This document shows, piece after piece, positions 1-7,746 of a DNA stretch of 12,034 nucleotides. The position numbers and the translations under genes were made by a program. Source of the stretch: Caldisericota bacterium (lineage in GTDB: Bacteria; Caldisericota; Caldisericia; JAAYUI01); contig JAKPMO010000011.1 in the NCBI GenBank assembly GCA_029548865.1, positions 1-12,034 on the forward strand, in the 5' to 3' direction. Numbering within the stretch: the stretch's first letter is position 1; every line of letters starts with the position of its first letter. The notes beneath the pieces were generated by a model. It did no database searches, was not told the DNA's origin, and saw nothing but the letters and a program-made list of their open reading frames with translations.

Positions 1-1
1 C

Positions 2-3000
2 AGCTTTACGCTCAAAGTGCCGGAGGATGTTCCCTGCGGAGACATCCAGCCAGGTGAGTGCCTCAAGGTTTTTGCAAAAAAAGAAGGTAATGTGCTTGTG
101 GCTTCAGAGGCCGACATTGTCCAGCCACCGAAGGACGAAAAGTTCTACAGGCTTGCTTTTGTCACTTCAGTGAGCCCGCTCAGGGTTACTGTTCCTGGTG
201 GAAACACATTTACGCTTGTGCTTCCAAAATACTTCAAAACCCAGCTGAAGATTTCTGACGGGCTTGATATTTGGGGGGCAGTTTCAGGTTCGACAATAAA
301 AAGCCCGAGGGTTGTTTCTGCGCCAAATGCCGGAAAATACCTCAAGGGAGAGGTTGTTGGCGTTGTTTGCGAAAAGAAGTCTGTGCTTGTAAACGAGATT
401 TCAAGCAAAACCACGGTTGTGCTTTCGGACCTCGCAAATTGTGAGAGCATCCAGTTCGGCGAGTGCTATTCTTTCTTTGGGGTACAGACAGAAAAAGAGT
501 TCCTTGCCTGCACACTTGAAAAAACCGAGTGTCCAAAAGGTTGCCAGGGAGAAACTTACGAGGGCACCATTGTCGAAAAAGACTGTCAGGCTGGCACTTC
601 GAAAATAAGGACTTCTACCGGGGATTACCTGTCAGTCAAGCTGCCACAGGGATTTGACTGTTCATCACTCAAAAAAGGTCTTTGCCTCGAGATTTGTGGA
701 AACCTTGAGGGCGGCGTTATCACTGCCCAGAAAATATCTTTTAAGGATTGCAGGGAACCGGTTTGCACCGGCAAGCTTGTCGAGGGGCTCATTGTTTCCA
801 CTAACTGCAAGGACGGCACATTCAGGTTTGCTACCAAGGATGGAGAGCTACAGCTCCAGATGCCGGAGACCCAGGAGTGCGAGGACGTTCCTGTTGGCTC
901 ATGTGCGCAGGTTTGCATTGTTGGTGAATCGAAAACGTATTACATAAAAACCATACCCTGCTCCAAATTCGGGTCTGTCCTTGAAGGGACAATCATACAG
1001 TCAGTAAAGGACTCATACACGGTCCAGACCAAGGAGGGAAATGAAATCCAGCTCCTCTGGAAGGAAGGTCTTTCCCTTGGAGACTGCATTATTGCGCTTG
1101 GCAATTACCTCCCTGACAGCACGACACAATTCAGGGCAGACATCGTTGCAAAGACCACCTGCGGTGGTGTTGAAAACATCAGCGGGTCAGTAACTCTTGT
1201 TGATTGCGCCAAAAAAACCATCGAGGTTGCAACAGAATCTGGCACCCAGGAGATAAACCTGCCAGAAGATGCCGACTGCAAGACATTTTTGCCTGGAGAT
1301 TGTGTTTTTGTGAGGCACAAGGACGGCAAGACCCTCATCAACAAAGTTGATTGCCCGCAGACCAAAAGGGCCCATTTTGCAATGTTTGTTATTGGTAACA
1401 ACAAAGAAACAGTCTATGGGACTGATCTTGCCACACTTGATCGGTTTGAGTGTGTTGGGCAGAAGCCGCCTGCCGCTGGTTCGGTCGTGATTGTCCAGGG
1501 ACATCAGGTGTCATCCAGAAAAGTTCTCCAGGCCACCTTTACCCCATATGACATAGGCTGTGTCCAGACAAAACCAGTTTCAGGGAAGCTCATAAGCTAC
1601 AGGGAAGAAACAAGGGCAGGAACGATCGAGGATGTCTTTGGCAACAGCTATGTGATGATTTTCCCTGGCGACAGGACCTTTGCTGTTGGCGACTACCTTT
1701 CGCTGAAAGTCCAGGTCTATGACACCGGCCTTGGCACAAGGTGCATGATAGCCACAGAACTTTACAAATCATCTGAAGGTGGCATTGCGCAGGCCAACGT
1801 AACAGGCGTCATATTTGCAATAGACCCGGTTGAAGGTGCTGCGCTCCTTCATGTTTCAAGCGGAGAGAATATCGCAGTCATGCCTTCTGATCCAGAGACT
1901 TTGAAGATCGTCAGGGTGGGCGACTGCGCAAATGCAGTTGGTCGCTATAGAAAAGGTTCAATGGTTGTTGAGAAGGCCACGCTCACTGTTTCGGACTGTT
2001 TTGGTGGAACGCTTGGCAGAAATTTCACTGGCGTCATTGTTGGCGTCAACTCGACTGAGAAAACCATAGATGTCTATTCCGACAAGGGTGGCGTCTATGA
2101 GGTGACCGTGGAATCTGTTTCAATGCTTACAGGTCTCTCGCTTGGCAACTGCGTTGCCGTTTCGGGCATCCTTATGGATGAAACAGAAACCAGGCTCCTT
2201 GGCAAGACAATTGCCAGAATTGATTGCAAGCAGGGTGGTTTTGAACCAATCTCCATAGAGGGCAGGATCGTCCTTCTGGACACGTCTTCCAAGCAGGCGC
2301 AGATCGAGTCGATTGACGGTATGAAATGGACTGCCTACCTTGAACGCCCCGATCTCTGCACTGGGCTAAAGGTTGGAACAACTGTAAGGTGTTGCGGAAA
2401 ACTCCAGGCGAAACAGGGAATTATTGCCAAGGCATATCTCAAGAAGGCAGTTCTTCCGACTTCCAGGTGGTCGGTCATCGGCAAGGTCACAGAATCTGGC
2501 AATGGCACATTCAAGCTTGAGGATTCAACCGGAAGGTCCTGGGACGTGAAACCGGACAATGGTTTGCCTGCCGCTGGCCAGAGGGTTCTCTGCGTTGGCA
2601 ATGTTCCGCCTGATGGACTTTCTGCAATAGACCATGCCACATGGACGGACATTGGTGGTTGGCAGGAGCCAAAAACCTCAATTGTTGGCACTGTTTTTGG
2701 CGTTTCTTGCGGCATGGACAAGCTTTTAATCAGGGACGACCTTCTTATGATGCACTCTTTGAGGCTCCCGCACGCCGGTTTCTGTGGCTCGTTCACCATT
2801 GGCGAGTGTGTCTCCGTTTTGGGCAGGGTGCTTGCCAACATACCCAACCTCACCAAGGTCGCCGAGGTCAAACCATCGACTGGAAAATGCAACATACAGA
2901 CGGTCACCGGCTGGGCAATAGCAAGGTCCACCAAAGAAAGATATGGAATCATACAGGGTTTTGATGGGTCAACGTACAGGCTTGGGTTTGATACGGAGCT

Positions 3001-5338
3001 GATGACCGGAAAATTCTCGATTGGCAGTCTCTACAAGGCGAGGGGAAGGTTCCTTTCCACATCACCAGACACACTAAAGGTCGAGCAGATCGATTCGGTT
3101 TCACAGCCTGTCTATCAGACGGTTGGCAGGATCGTTTACATTGATAACAGTGATTTCTACCTTCAGGAATCATCGGGAAGAGTATTGAAGGTCAAAGCTC
3201 CAGGGGGTGTTTCCCCGTGGACAGCCTGGCTGTCCCAGAGCTTCTCGGTGGCTGGCAAATTTGAAGAGGGTGGCGCGTTCCTGGCTGAATCAGTCAACCC
3301 GATCGATACCGAGAGGATTGCTGTCGAACTTGAAGGTGAAGTTATAACAGCATCTGATACTGAAGTGATAGTGAAGTCAAAACAGGGTGGAATATGGAGG
3401 GCAGAAGGCTCATTTGGCGCAAAAGCGGGCGACAGCGTTTATGTTGTCGGGACTGCCGACTCAAACAGATGGTGGACAATCGCTTCTGCGAGGCTGACTG
3501 TTGTTGGGGGCGATGCCCCAACCAGCCAGATAATGTCCTGGGGCATTGTTGATTCAACCGAATGTGAAAACAACAGGCTCAAAATAAAGCTTGATGATGG
3601 AACAGTATACGAGATTTACCCGGAAGATCTTGGTGTCTGTGAAGGTTTCACCCAGGGTGAAAGAGTGCAGTTCTCTGGAGTGATTTCGCACGACAGAGGC
3701 AGGACCGTGCAGGGTGCGAAGCTTGCCAGATCTGGCTTATCAGGCGCAACAAAGACAATAGTTGGCATAATAACCGAGATCTCTTGCACCTCCAGGGTTA
3801 TAAAAATGAGGGAGGAATTTGCTCAGAGTGGTGGGCAGGGGCCGATATGGACAATGGGTCTCGCAAAAGATGCAGAGTGCGAGAAGCTCAAGATTGGAGA
3901 CAGGATCAGTGTAACTGGCGATCCGGTGCCCTCACAGCAATATCAGCTTGAGGATTGCAAGATCATAGTGATAGGTGAGGAGATAAAGGAGCTAAAGATA
4001 ACAGGAAAGCTCCACACTCTCAATTGTGCCTCGAATATCATGATAATTGAATCTGACGGCAAGCTGTACAGAGTGTTCCCATCACAGGAATCAAGATGTT
4101 CAGACCTTTTCTCAGGGGACACGATTGAGGTGACCGCAAAGGTTTCGATCTTCAGGAAATATGTTCTCAATGATGCAACATGGAAGAAGATCTATGACAA
4201 GGACGCATTCAAGATATTGCAAGGAAAAGTTGACACCGCAACCTGCCCTGGCATCAGGTTCATGGATTCGACAGGTGAATACTGGAGGGTCAACATCAGG
4301 GAAGATCAGCCTTGCAACCTTCTTGATAATGGCATGGAGATAACGTTAAAGGGCGTGCTTGACCTTTCTCAGGACCACCTCATGCACAAGGCCGAAATAC
4401 TGGACCTTATGAGGCCAAAAGTTATCTACGGAACAATTGACGACATATCCTGTTCCGAAGGAAAACTTGTTGTCGTGGACAAGGCAAACTCCTATTGGGA
4501 AGTTGTAATGGAAACATCCTTTGGCGATTGCATTGCAAACAAATTCTCCAAGGGCGACATGGTGCAGGTCAGTGGTTTCCAGAACATGCTTTACAAAGAC
4601 TCCCCGATATATTTTGGGAAAGTGGAAGGATTTGGCAATGAAACCGGAATGATACCAATGGATTTCATTGGTGAGGTCCTGAATACTGATTGTGGCAAAG
4701 GCAACATCCAGGTTCGTTCCGGGCACACCACCTGGATAGTGACTATTCCGGATGGTTTTAATTGCAACAGTCTAAAGCTTGGCGATTGGGTCAGGGTTGA
4801 GGGCGGCAGGGAAGACTGGCCAAAGAAGATCTGTTTTGGAAGCAAAATTGAAGTGACTGTTGCCACAATGATCGGATTTATTTCCGAGGCCAATTATGCC
4901 AAAAACGAGCTCACAGTTGTCGAGATAAAAAAGCCTGAAATGAAGTGGACCGTTTCGCTTGCCGACACAAGCAAGCTGACATCATACAAAAAGGGAATGT
5001 TCATAAAAATATCTGGAACAGTCAACCCTCCGAACACAAGACGCATTACCGGCGCAAGCGTTGTGGCCACATTTACCCAGATAAAGGGGAAGGTCACAAT
5101 GGTTGATCACAACAAACAACTGATCAAAGTAACCGGCACTGATCTCAAGGAATATACATGCTATGTCAAAACCGACTGGGTCAATCTGGAAGATTACAAA
5201 CTTGATCAGAATATCATTGTGACAGGAAATATAACGCAAAGCAAAGACAAAACAGCAGAGATGAAAGAGTGTTTGCTCGAAGATAACAATCCGTTTTTCA
5301 ATATGATGAGAGTGTTGAAAAAACTTGCAACACGGTAG
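2..5338 (+). CDS. Giant tandem-repeat protein (5'-truncated by the window edge), about 25 OB-fold/DUF5666-like repeats, Cys-rich, probably exported
   Basis: The frame is open from base 2 (agc ttt acg ctc aaa gtg = SFTLKV) to TAG at 5336-5338, so the GTG at 17 is probably internal (mid-repeat, no RBS visible). Recurrent unit: x-G-x-[IV]-x4-C/x ... hydrophobic strand ... G-x-x-[YW]-x-V-x-L-P ... C-x-x-L-x-x-G-[DE]-x-V-x-V-x-G ... A-x-x-I, e.g. ETYEGTIVEKDCQAGTSKIRTSTGDYLSVKLPQGFDCSSLKKGLCLEICG and MDFIGEVLNTDCGKGNIQVRSGHTTWIVTIPDGFNCNSLKLGDWVRVEG. The CDS itself is near certain; the fold and family are inferred. Confidence 0.85.
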   Translation, partial: SFTLKVPEDVPCGDIQPGECLKVFAKKEGNVLVASEADIVQPPKDEKFYRLAFVTSVSPLRVTVPGGNTFTLVLPKYFKTQLKISDGLDIWGAVSGSTIKSPRVVSAPNAGKYLKGEVVGVVCEKKSVLVNEISSKTTVVLSDLANCESIQFGECYSFFGVQTEKEFLACTLEKTECPKGCQGETYEGTIVEKDCQAGTSKIRTSTGDYLSVKLPQGFDCSSLKKGLCLEICGNLEGGVITAQKISFKDCREPVCTGKLVEGLIVSTNCKDGTFRFATKDGELQLQMPETQECEDVPVGSCAQVCIVGESKTYYIKTIPCSKFGSVLEGTIIQSVKDSYTVQTKEGNEIQLLWKEGLSLGDCIIALGNYLPDSTTQFRADIVAKTTCGGVENISGSVTLVDCAKKTIEVATESGTQEINLPEDADCKTFLPGDCVFVRHKDGKTLINKVDCPQTKRAHFAMFVIGNNKETVYGTDLATLDRFECVGQKPPAAGSVVIVQGHQVSSRKVLQATFTPYDIGCVQTKPVSGKLISYREETRAGTIEDVFGNSYVMIFPGDRTFAVGDYLSLKVQVYDTGLGTRCMIATELYKSSEGGIAQANVTGVIFAIDPVEGAALLHVSSGENIAVMPSDPETLKIVRVGDCANAVGRYRKGSMVVEKATLTVSDCFGGTLGRNFTGVIVGVNSTEKTIDVYSDKGGVYEVTVESVSMLTGLSLGNCVAVSGILMDETETRLLGKTIARIDCKQGGFEPISIEGRIVLLDTSSKQAQIESIDGMKWTAYLERPDLCTGLKVGTTVRCCGKLQAKQGIIAKAYLKKAVLPTSRWSVIGKVTESGNGTFKLEDSTGRSWDVKPDNGLPAAGQRVLCVGNVPPDGLSAIDHATWTDIGGWQEPKTSIVGTVFGVSCGMDKLLIRDDLLMMHSLRLPHAGFCGSFTIGECVSVLGRVLANIPNLTKVAEVKPSTGKCNIQTVTGWAIARSTKERYGIIQGFDGSTYRLGFDTELMTGKFSIGSLYKARGRFLSTSPDTLKVEQIDSVSQPVYQTVGRIVYIDNSDFYLQESSGRVLKVKAPGGVSPWTAWLSQSFSVAGKFEEGGAFLAESVNPIDTERIAVELEGEVITASDTEVIVKSKQGGIWRAEGSFGAKAGDSVYVVGTADSNRWWTIASARLTVVGGDAPTSQIMSWGIVDSTECENNRLKIKLDDGTVYEIYPEDLGVCEGFTQGERVQFSGVISHDRGRTVQGAKLARSGLSGATKTIVGIITEISCTSRVIKMREEFAQSGGQGPIWTMGLAKDAECEKLKIGDRISVTGDPVPSQQYQLEDCKIIVIGEEIKELKITGKLHTLNCASNIMIIESDGKLYRVFPSQESRCSDLFSGDTIEVTAKVSIFRKYVLNDATWKKIYDKDAFKILQGKVDTATCPGIRFMDSTGEYWRVNIREDQPCNLLDNGMEITLKGVLDLSQDHLMHKAEILDLMRPKVIYGTIDDISCSEGKLVVVDKANSYWEVVMETSFGDCIANKFSKGDMVQVSGFQNMLYKDSPIYFGKVEGFGNETGMIPMDFIGEVLNTDCGKGNIQVRSGHTTWIVTIPDGFNCNSLKLGDWVRVEGGREDWPKKICFGSKIEVTVATMIGFISEANYAKNELTVVEIKKPEMKWTVSLADTSKLTSYKKGMFIKISGTVNPPNTRRITGASVVATFTQIKGKVTMVDHNKQLIKVTGTDLKEYTCYVKTDWVNLEDYKLDQNIIVTGNITQSKDKTAEMKECLLEDNNPFFNMMRVLKKLATR

Positions 5339-6137
5339 AAGTTGGTGTAGATGCCCCTGAAACGAGGCCAACACACCCGCCACCAGACGCAGTTTTTATC
5401 TGGATGAGCACTTCTTCGCCAAGTTCTTCGGGGCCCTCTATCCAAAAGGTTTGGGCCCCTTTTTGTTTTGAAAGCTGGTAGAGTCTTTTTGTATTGGCCG
5501 AAACCTTGCCACCAACTACGACAACAGCCTTGCATTTTCCGGCAACTTCAAGCAACTGTGCCTGTCTTTCCCTGGTTGAAGTACAGATGGTGTTTTCAAA
5601 AAGGAGAAGGTCAGTGTGCCCGGTCAGTTCGCAGGCAACGTCTCTGAGCAGCGAGGTGTCTTGCGTGGTCTGGGAGAGCACAGCTATTTTCTTGAAAAAG
5701 CCAATTTCCATGGCCTGGCCTATATTACCTACGACAATAGGGTCAACTGCAAAGCTGGAAACTGAGACGACCTCCGGATGGTGTGAATCACCGACGATGA
5801 TTACCTTGTAACCCTCGTCGGAAAGCTCCGCCACCCTTTTTTGCAGTCTTTTGACAAATGGGCATGTACAGTCAATTATTCTGATGTTTGGAAACCCATT
5901 GTATACATCTTTTGGGGCGCCATGTGCGGTTATGGCAACTATGCCTGATGTTGACTGGTCTGGAGATTCAATGGTATGGACGCCGTTGTGTTCCAGGTTT
6001 GCAACCACCTGGGGGTTATGGACAAGGTGCCCAAGGACCTGAACCTCACCAGTCTTCGAGAAGGATGTGACTTCGTCAATGGCCCTCTTTACACCGAAAC
6101 AGAAACCCTGGCAGGCTTCGGGCAGGACGACCTTCAT
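5298..6137 (-). CDS. ispH: 4-hydroxy-3-methylbut-2-enyl diphosphate reductase (IspH/LytB), MEP pathway
   Basis: 279 aa with the IspH signatures GFCFGVKRA, LVHNPQVV, TAHG, DCTCPFV, HPEV, SQTT, NTIC, GG-x-x-S-A-N-T-x-x-L and GASTP. All three Fe-S cysteines are present. The start overlaps the upstream stop (ATGA, 6137-6134). Confidence 0.97.
   Translation of the reverse strand: MKVVLPEACQGFCFGVKRAIDEVTSFSKTGEVQVLGHLVHNPQVVANLEHNGVHTIESPDQSTSGIVAITAHGAPKDVYNGFPNIRIIDCTCPFVKRLQKRVAELSDEGYKVIIVGDSHHPEVVSVSSFAVDPIVVGNIGQAMEIGFFKKIAVLSQTTQDTSLLRDVACELTGHTDLLLFENTICTSTRERQAQLLEVAGKCKAVVVVGGKVSANTKRLYQLSKQKGAQTFWIEGPEELGEEVLIQIKTASGGGCVGLVSGASTPTSTVLQVFSTLSSY
5430..5469 (+). terminator. Candidate intrinsic terminator for the giant repeat gene, lying antisense within ispH
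   Basis: GGGGCCC (5430-5436) pairs perfectly with GGGCCCC (5453-5459). The 16-nt loop contains a small CC-AAAA-GG sub-stem. TTTTTGTTTT (5460-5469) follows immediately, and the stem starts about 90 nt after the stop at 5338. The loop is long for a typical terminator. Confidence 0.45.
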
Positions 6138-7168
6138 GATTCCCTGTAGACCAGCCCTTCTATGAGTTCACCAAGGGATTTCTTGAGTTTCTCGTCAGTT
6201 GGTATTGAGGCCAGCAAAGACAATGCCTTGGAGGTATATTCCCTCACCTGTGACATTGCGTATTCTTTAGCGCCAACCACCTCAAGGCAAGAAAGGAGTG
6301 ATTCCGCGTCTTTCTGCGATATTTCCTTTGAATAAGCTTCCTGGATGAGCTTTTTTGTGGAGTTGCTGCCATTTTCCATTGCGTATGAAATCGGAAGTGT
6401 TTTTTTGTGGCGTATAAGATCGAAACCGACCGACTTGCCCGTCTTTTTTGGATCACCCCAGAGGCCAAGGATGTCGTCTTGTATCTGGAATGCCATGCCG
6501 GCCGATTCGCCGACCTGCTTCATCTGTGGCGCAAGGTTCCTCAGCTCTTCCTTTGCCTGCAATGCGAAACCGCAGGAGAAGCTTGTACTCAGGAGACAAG
6601 CGGTTTTTGCCCTTGCCATCTGGAGGTATTGTGCCGTGTAAACCACGTCCTGTTTTTCGTACAGGATATCAAGGTGCTGGCCTTCAAAGACCCTCTGGGT
6701 CATCTCCTGGAATGATTCATACCATTTCATGGCTGTTCTTGGGGAGAGGTGAACGCAAGCATTTCTTGCGCACTCAAACGAGAGCGCCTCCGCAATGAGG
6801 GCTGCATTGAGCGCCTGTGGTATGCCAATGACTTTCCAGAGTGTTGATCTTCCCCTTCTGGTTGTGTCGTTGTCCTGTATATCATCAATTATCAGGGTGA
6901 AGTTGTGGAACAGTTCAAGCGCTATCGCGATGCTGGAAGAAAATTCCCCGTCGCCAATGTATTTTGCCGTCATCAAAGGGATTGAGGCCCTCAGCCTCTT
7001 TCCACCCTTTGGCTCTTTCAGTGGCTCGAACTTGTCATTTACAAGACCTAGTTGGTAGGCTACGTATTGAAAAAGTTTTTCAGGTTTCTTCGAAGATAGA
7101 AGCTGTGCAAGGTCTTCGTTTGTCTTTTTGACGTATGGCCTAAGTATGGTGCTCAGGCTTGTGGGCAT
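6134..7168 (-). CDS. Trans-polyprenyl diphosphate synthase, type-I geranylgeranyl diphosphate synthase (IdsA)-like
   Basis: 344 aa with GGKRLR, ELFHNFTLIIDDIQD (FARM) followed by RRG, GQHLDI, KTA, FQIQDDILG (SARM variant) and TGKSVGFDL...KKTLP. A purine-rich RBS-like GGAAGGGG lies upstream, and the start overlaps the upstream gene's stop (TAATG at 7170-7166). Confidence 0.93.
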   Translation of the reverse strand: MPTSLSTILRPYVKKTNEDLAQLLSSKKPEKLFQYVAYQLGLVNDKFEPLKEPKGGKRLRASIPLMTAKYIGDGEFSSSIAIALELFHNFTLIIDDIQDNDTTRRGRSTLWKVIGIPQALNAALIAEALSFECARNACVHLSPRTAMKWYESFQEMTQRVFEGQHLDILYEKQDVVYTAQYLQMARAKTACLLSTSFSCGFALQAKEELRNLAPQMKQVGESAGMAFQIQDDILGLWGDPKKTGKSVGFDLIRHKKTLPISYAMENGSNSTKKLIQEAYSKEISQKDAESLLSCLEVVGAKEYAMSQVREYTSKALSLLASIPTDEKLKKSLGELIEGLVYRES

Positions 7169-7620
7169 TACTGCTGTCCCCTTCCAGTTGCTTTTGCCAT
7201 AGTATTATCACTTTCTGGCAGTAAAGCAACACCCTCGCAAGACCATATTTCATCCCAAACCTCGGTGTCAAGCACCAGAGAGCAGTTTTTCAGCATTACC
7301 TCGGTTGCTTCAAAATCTGGAAGCTCCCTGTTTGGATGGAACTGGAATTCTCCTCTGACCTCGATAGTATCGCCATTGGAATAGGGTGTTACCGGTTTTC
7401 CGCACGGGAGTTTTATTACAGCGTTGACTGGGAAACCACAATCTATGGTGGCGATGAAAAGCTCGTCCAGGAGAACTGACTTCTCAATCTTGCCAGTTAC
7501 CGTGGTTTTATAGGGATTGGTTTTCTTGGATGCCAGGTCCGCTTCCTGTAAGAGTTGCCCTGTGCCCTCCGAAAGATTGCTGTCAGAGAGCTTGCACAAC
7601 AATACCAGACTGCCCTTCAT
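7168..7620 (-). CDS. Hypothetical protein with one OB-fold-like unit; start uncertain (ATG 7620, 150 aa, or ATG 7740, 190 aa)
   Basis: It fills the gap between the prenyl synthase and priA, and its TAA overlaps the next ATG by 1 bp, which suggests translational coupling. It contains TTVTGKIEK...IDCGFPV...LP...YSNGDTIEVRGEF. I prefer the 7620 start because the 7740 start leaves only 12 bp between divergent genes and runs over promoter-like sequence. Confidence 0.7.
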   Translation of the reverse strand: MKGSLVLLCKLSDSNLSEGTGQLLQEADLASKKTNPYKTTVTGKIEKSVLLDELFIATIDCGFPVNAVIKLPCGKPVTPYSNGDTIEVRGEFQFHPNRELPDFEATEVMLKNCSLVLDTEVWDEIWSCEGVALLPESDNTMAKATGRGQQ

Positions 7621-7696
7621 GGTGTCCACAGGGGAGTTGAATGTGGCGCCCAGAAATCTTTGCCACGATGAAATCACGAAACAAAACATAAGCCAG

Positions 7697-7724
7697 AGTG
7701 TATAGAAAATTAATGCCTTGAAAA
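7697..7724 (-). promoter_or_regulatory. Weak candidate sigma70-type promoter for the hypothetical-prenyl synthase-ispH operon
   Basis: On the - strand, TTTTCA (7724-7719), a 16 bp spacer and TACACT (7702-7697) lie in an AT-rich stretch upstream of ATG 7620. The match to consensus is only partial. Confidence 0.3.
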
Positions 7725-7746
7725 GGGAATTTTGGGGCATTAGCCT
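7718..7746 (+). promoter_or_regulatory. Candidate sigma70-type promoter for priA-def-guaA
   Basis: TTGAAA (7718-7723), exactly 17 bp, then TAGCCT (7741-7746, TAnnnT pattern). The predicted transcription start is around 7753. Confidence 0.5.

Noticed and set aside
17..19. GTG start assigned to the giant ORF by the ORF track
   Set aside because: The frame is open back to base 2 and the preceding residues (SFTLKV) fit the middle of a repeat, so the real start is probably upstream of the window.
2335..2952. 205-aa antisense ORF and the other short ORFs nested in the giant gene
   Set aside because: They lie wholly within a coherent long CDS, have no recognisable motifs, and are expected shadow ORFs.
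5240..5277. Possible - strand terminator for ispH inside the end of the giant gene
   Set aside because: Only a 4-bp matched stem (AGCA/TGCT) with a long loop and an interrupted U-tract; too weak to call.
2..5338. Idea that the Cys-rich giant protein is a multiheme cytochrome or Fe-S/Zn-finger protein
   Set aside because: I saw no CxxCH or repeated CxxC motifs. The cysteines are spaced about 18-30 residues apart in co-varying pairs, which fits disulfides better.
2..5338. DNA-level tandem repeats, CRISPR array or diversity-generating retroelement repeats
   Set aside because: The periodicity is visible only at the protein level. I found no near-identical nucleotide repeats by eye, and no reverse transcriptase or cas gene is in the window. 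A self dot-plot would be the decisive test.
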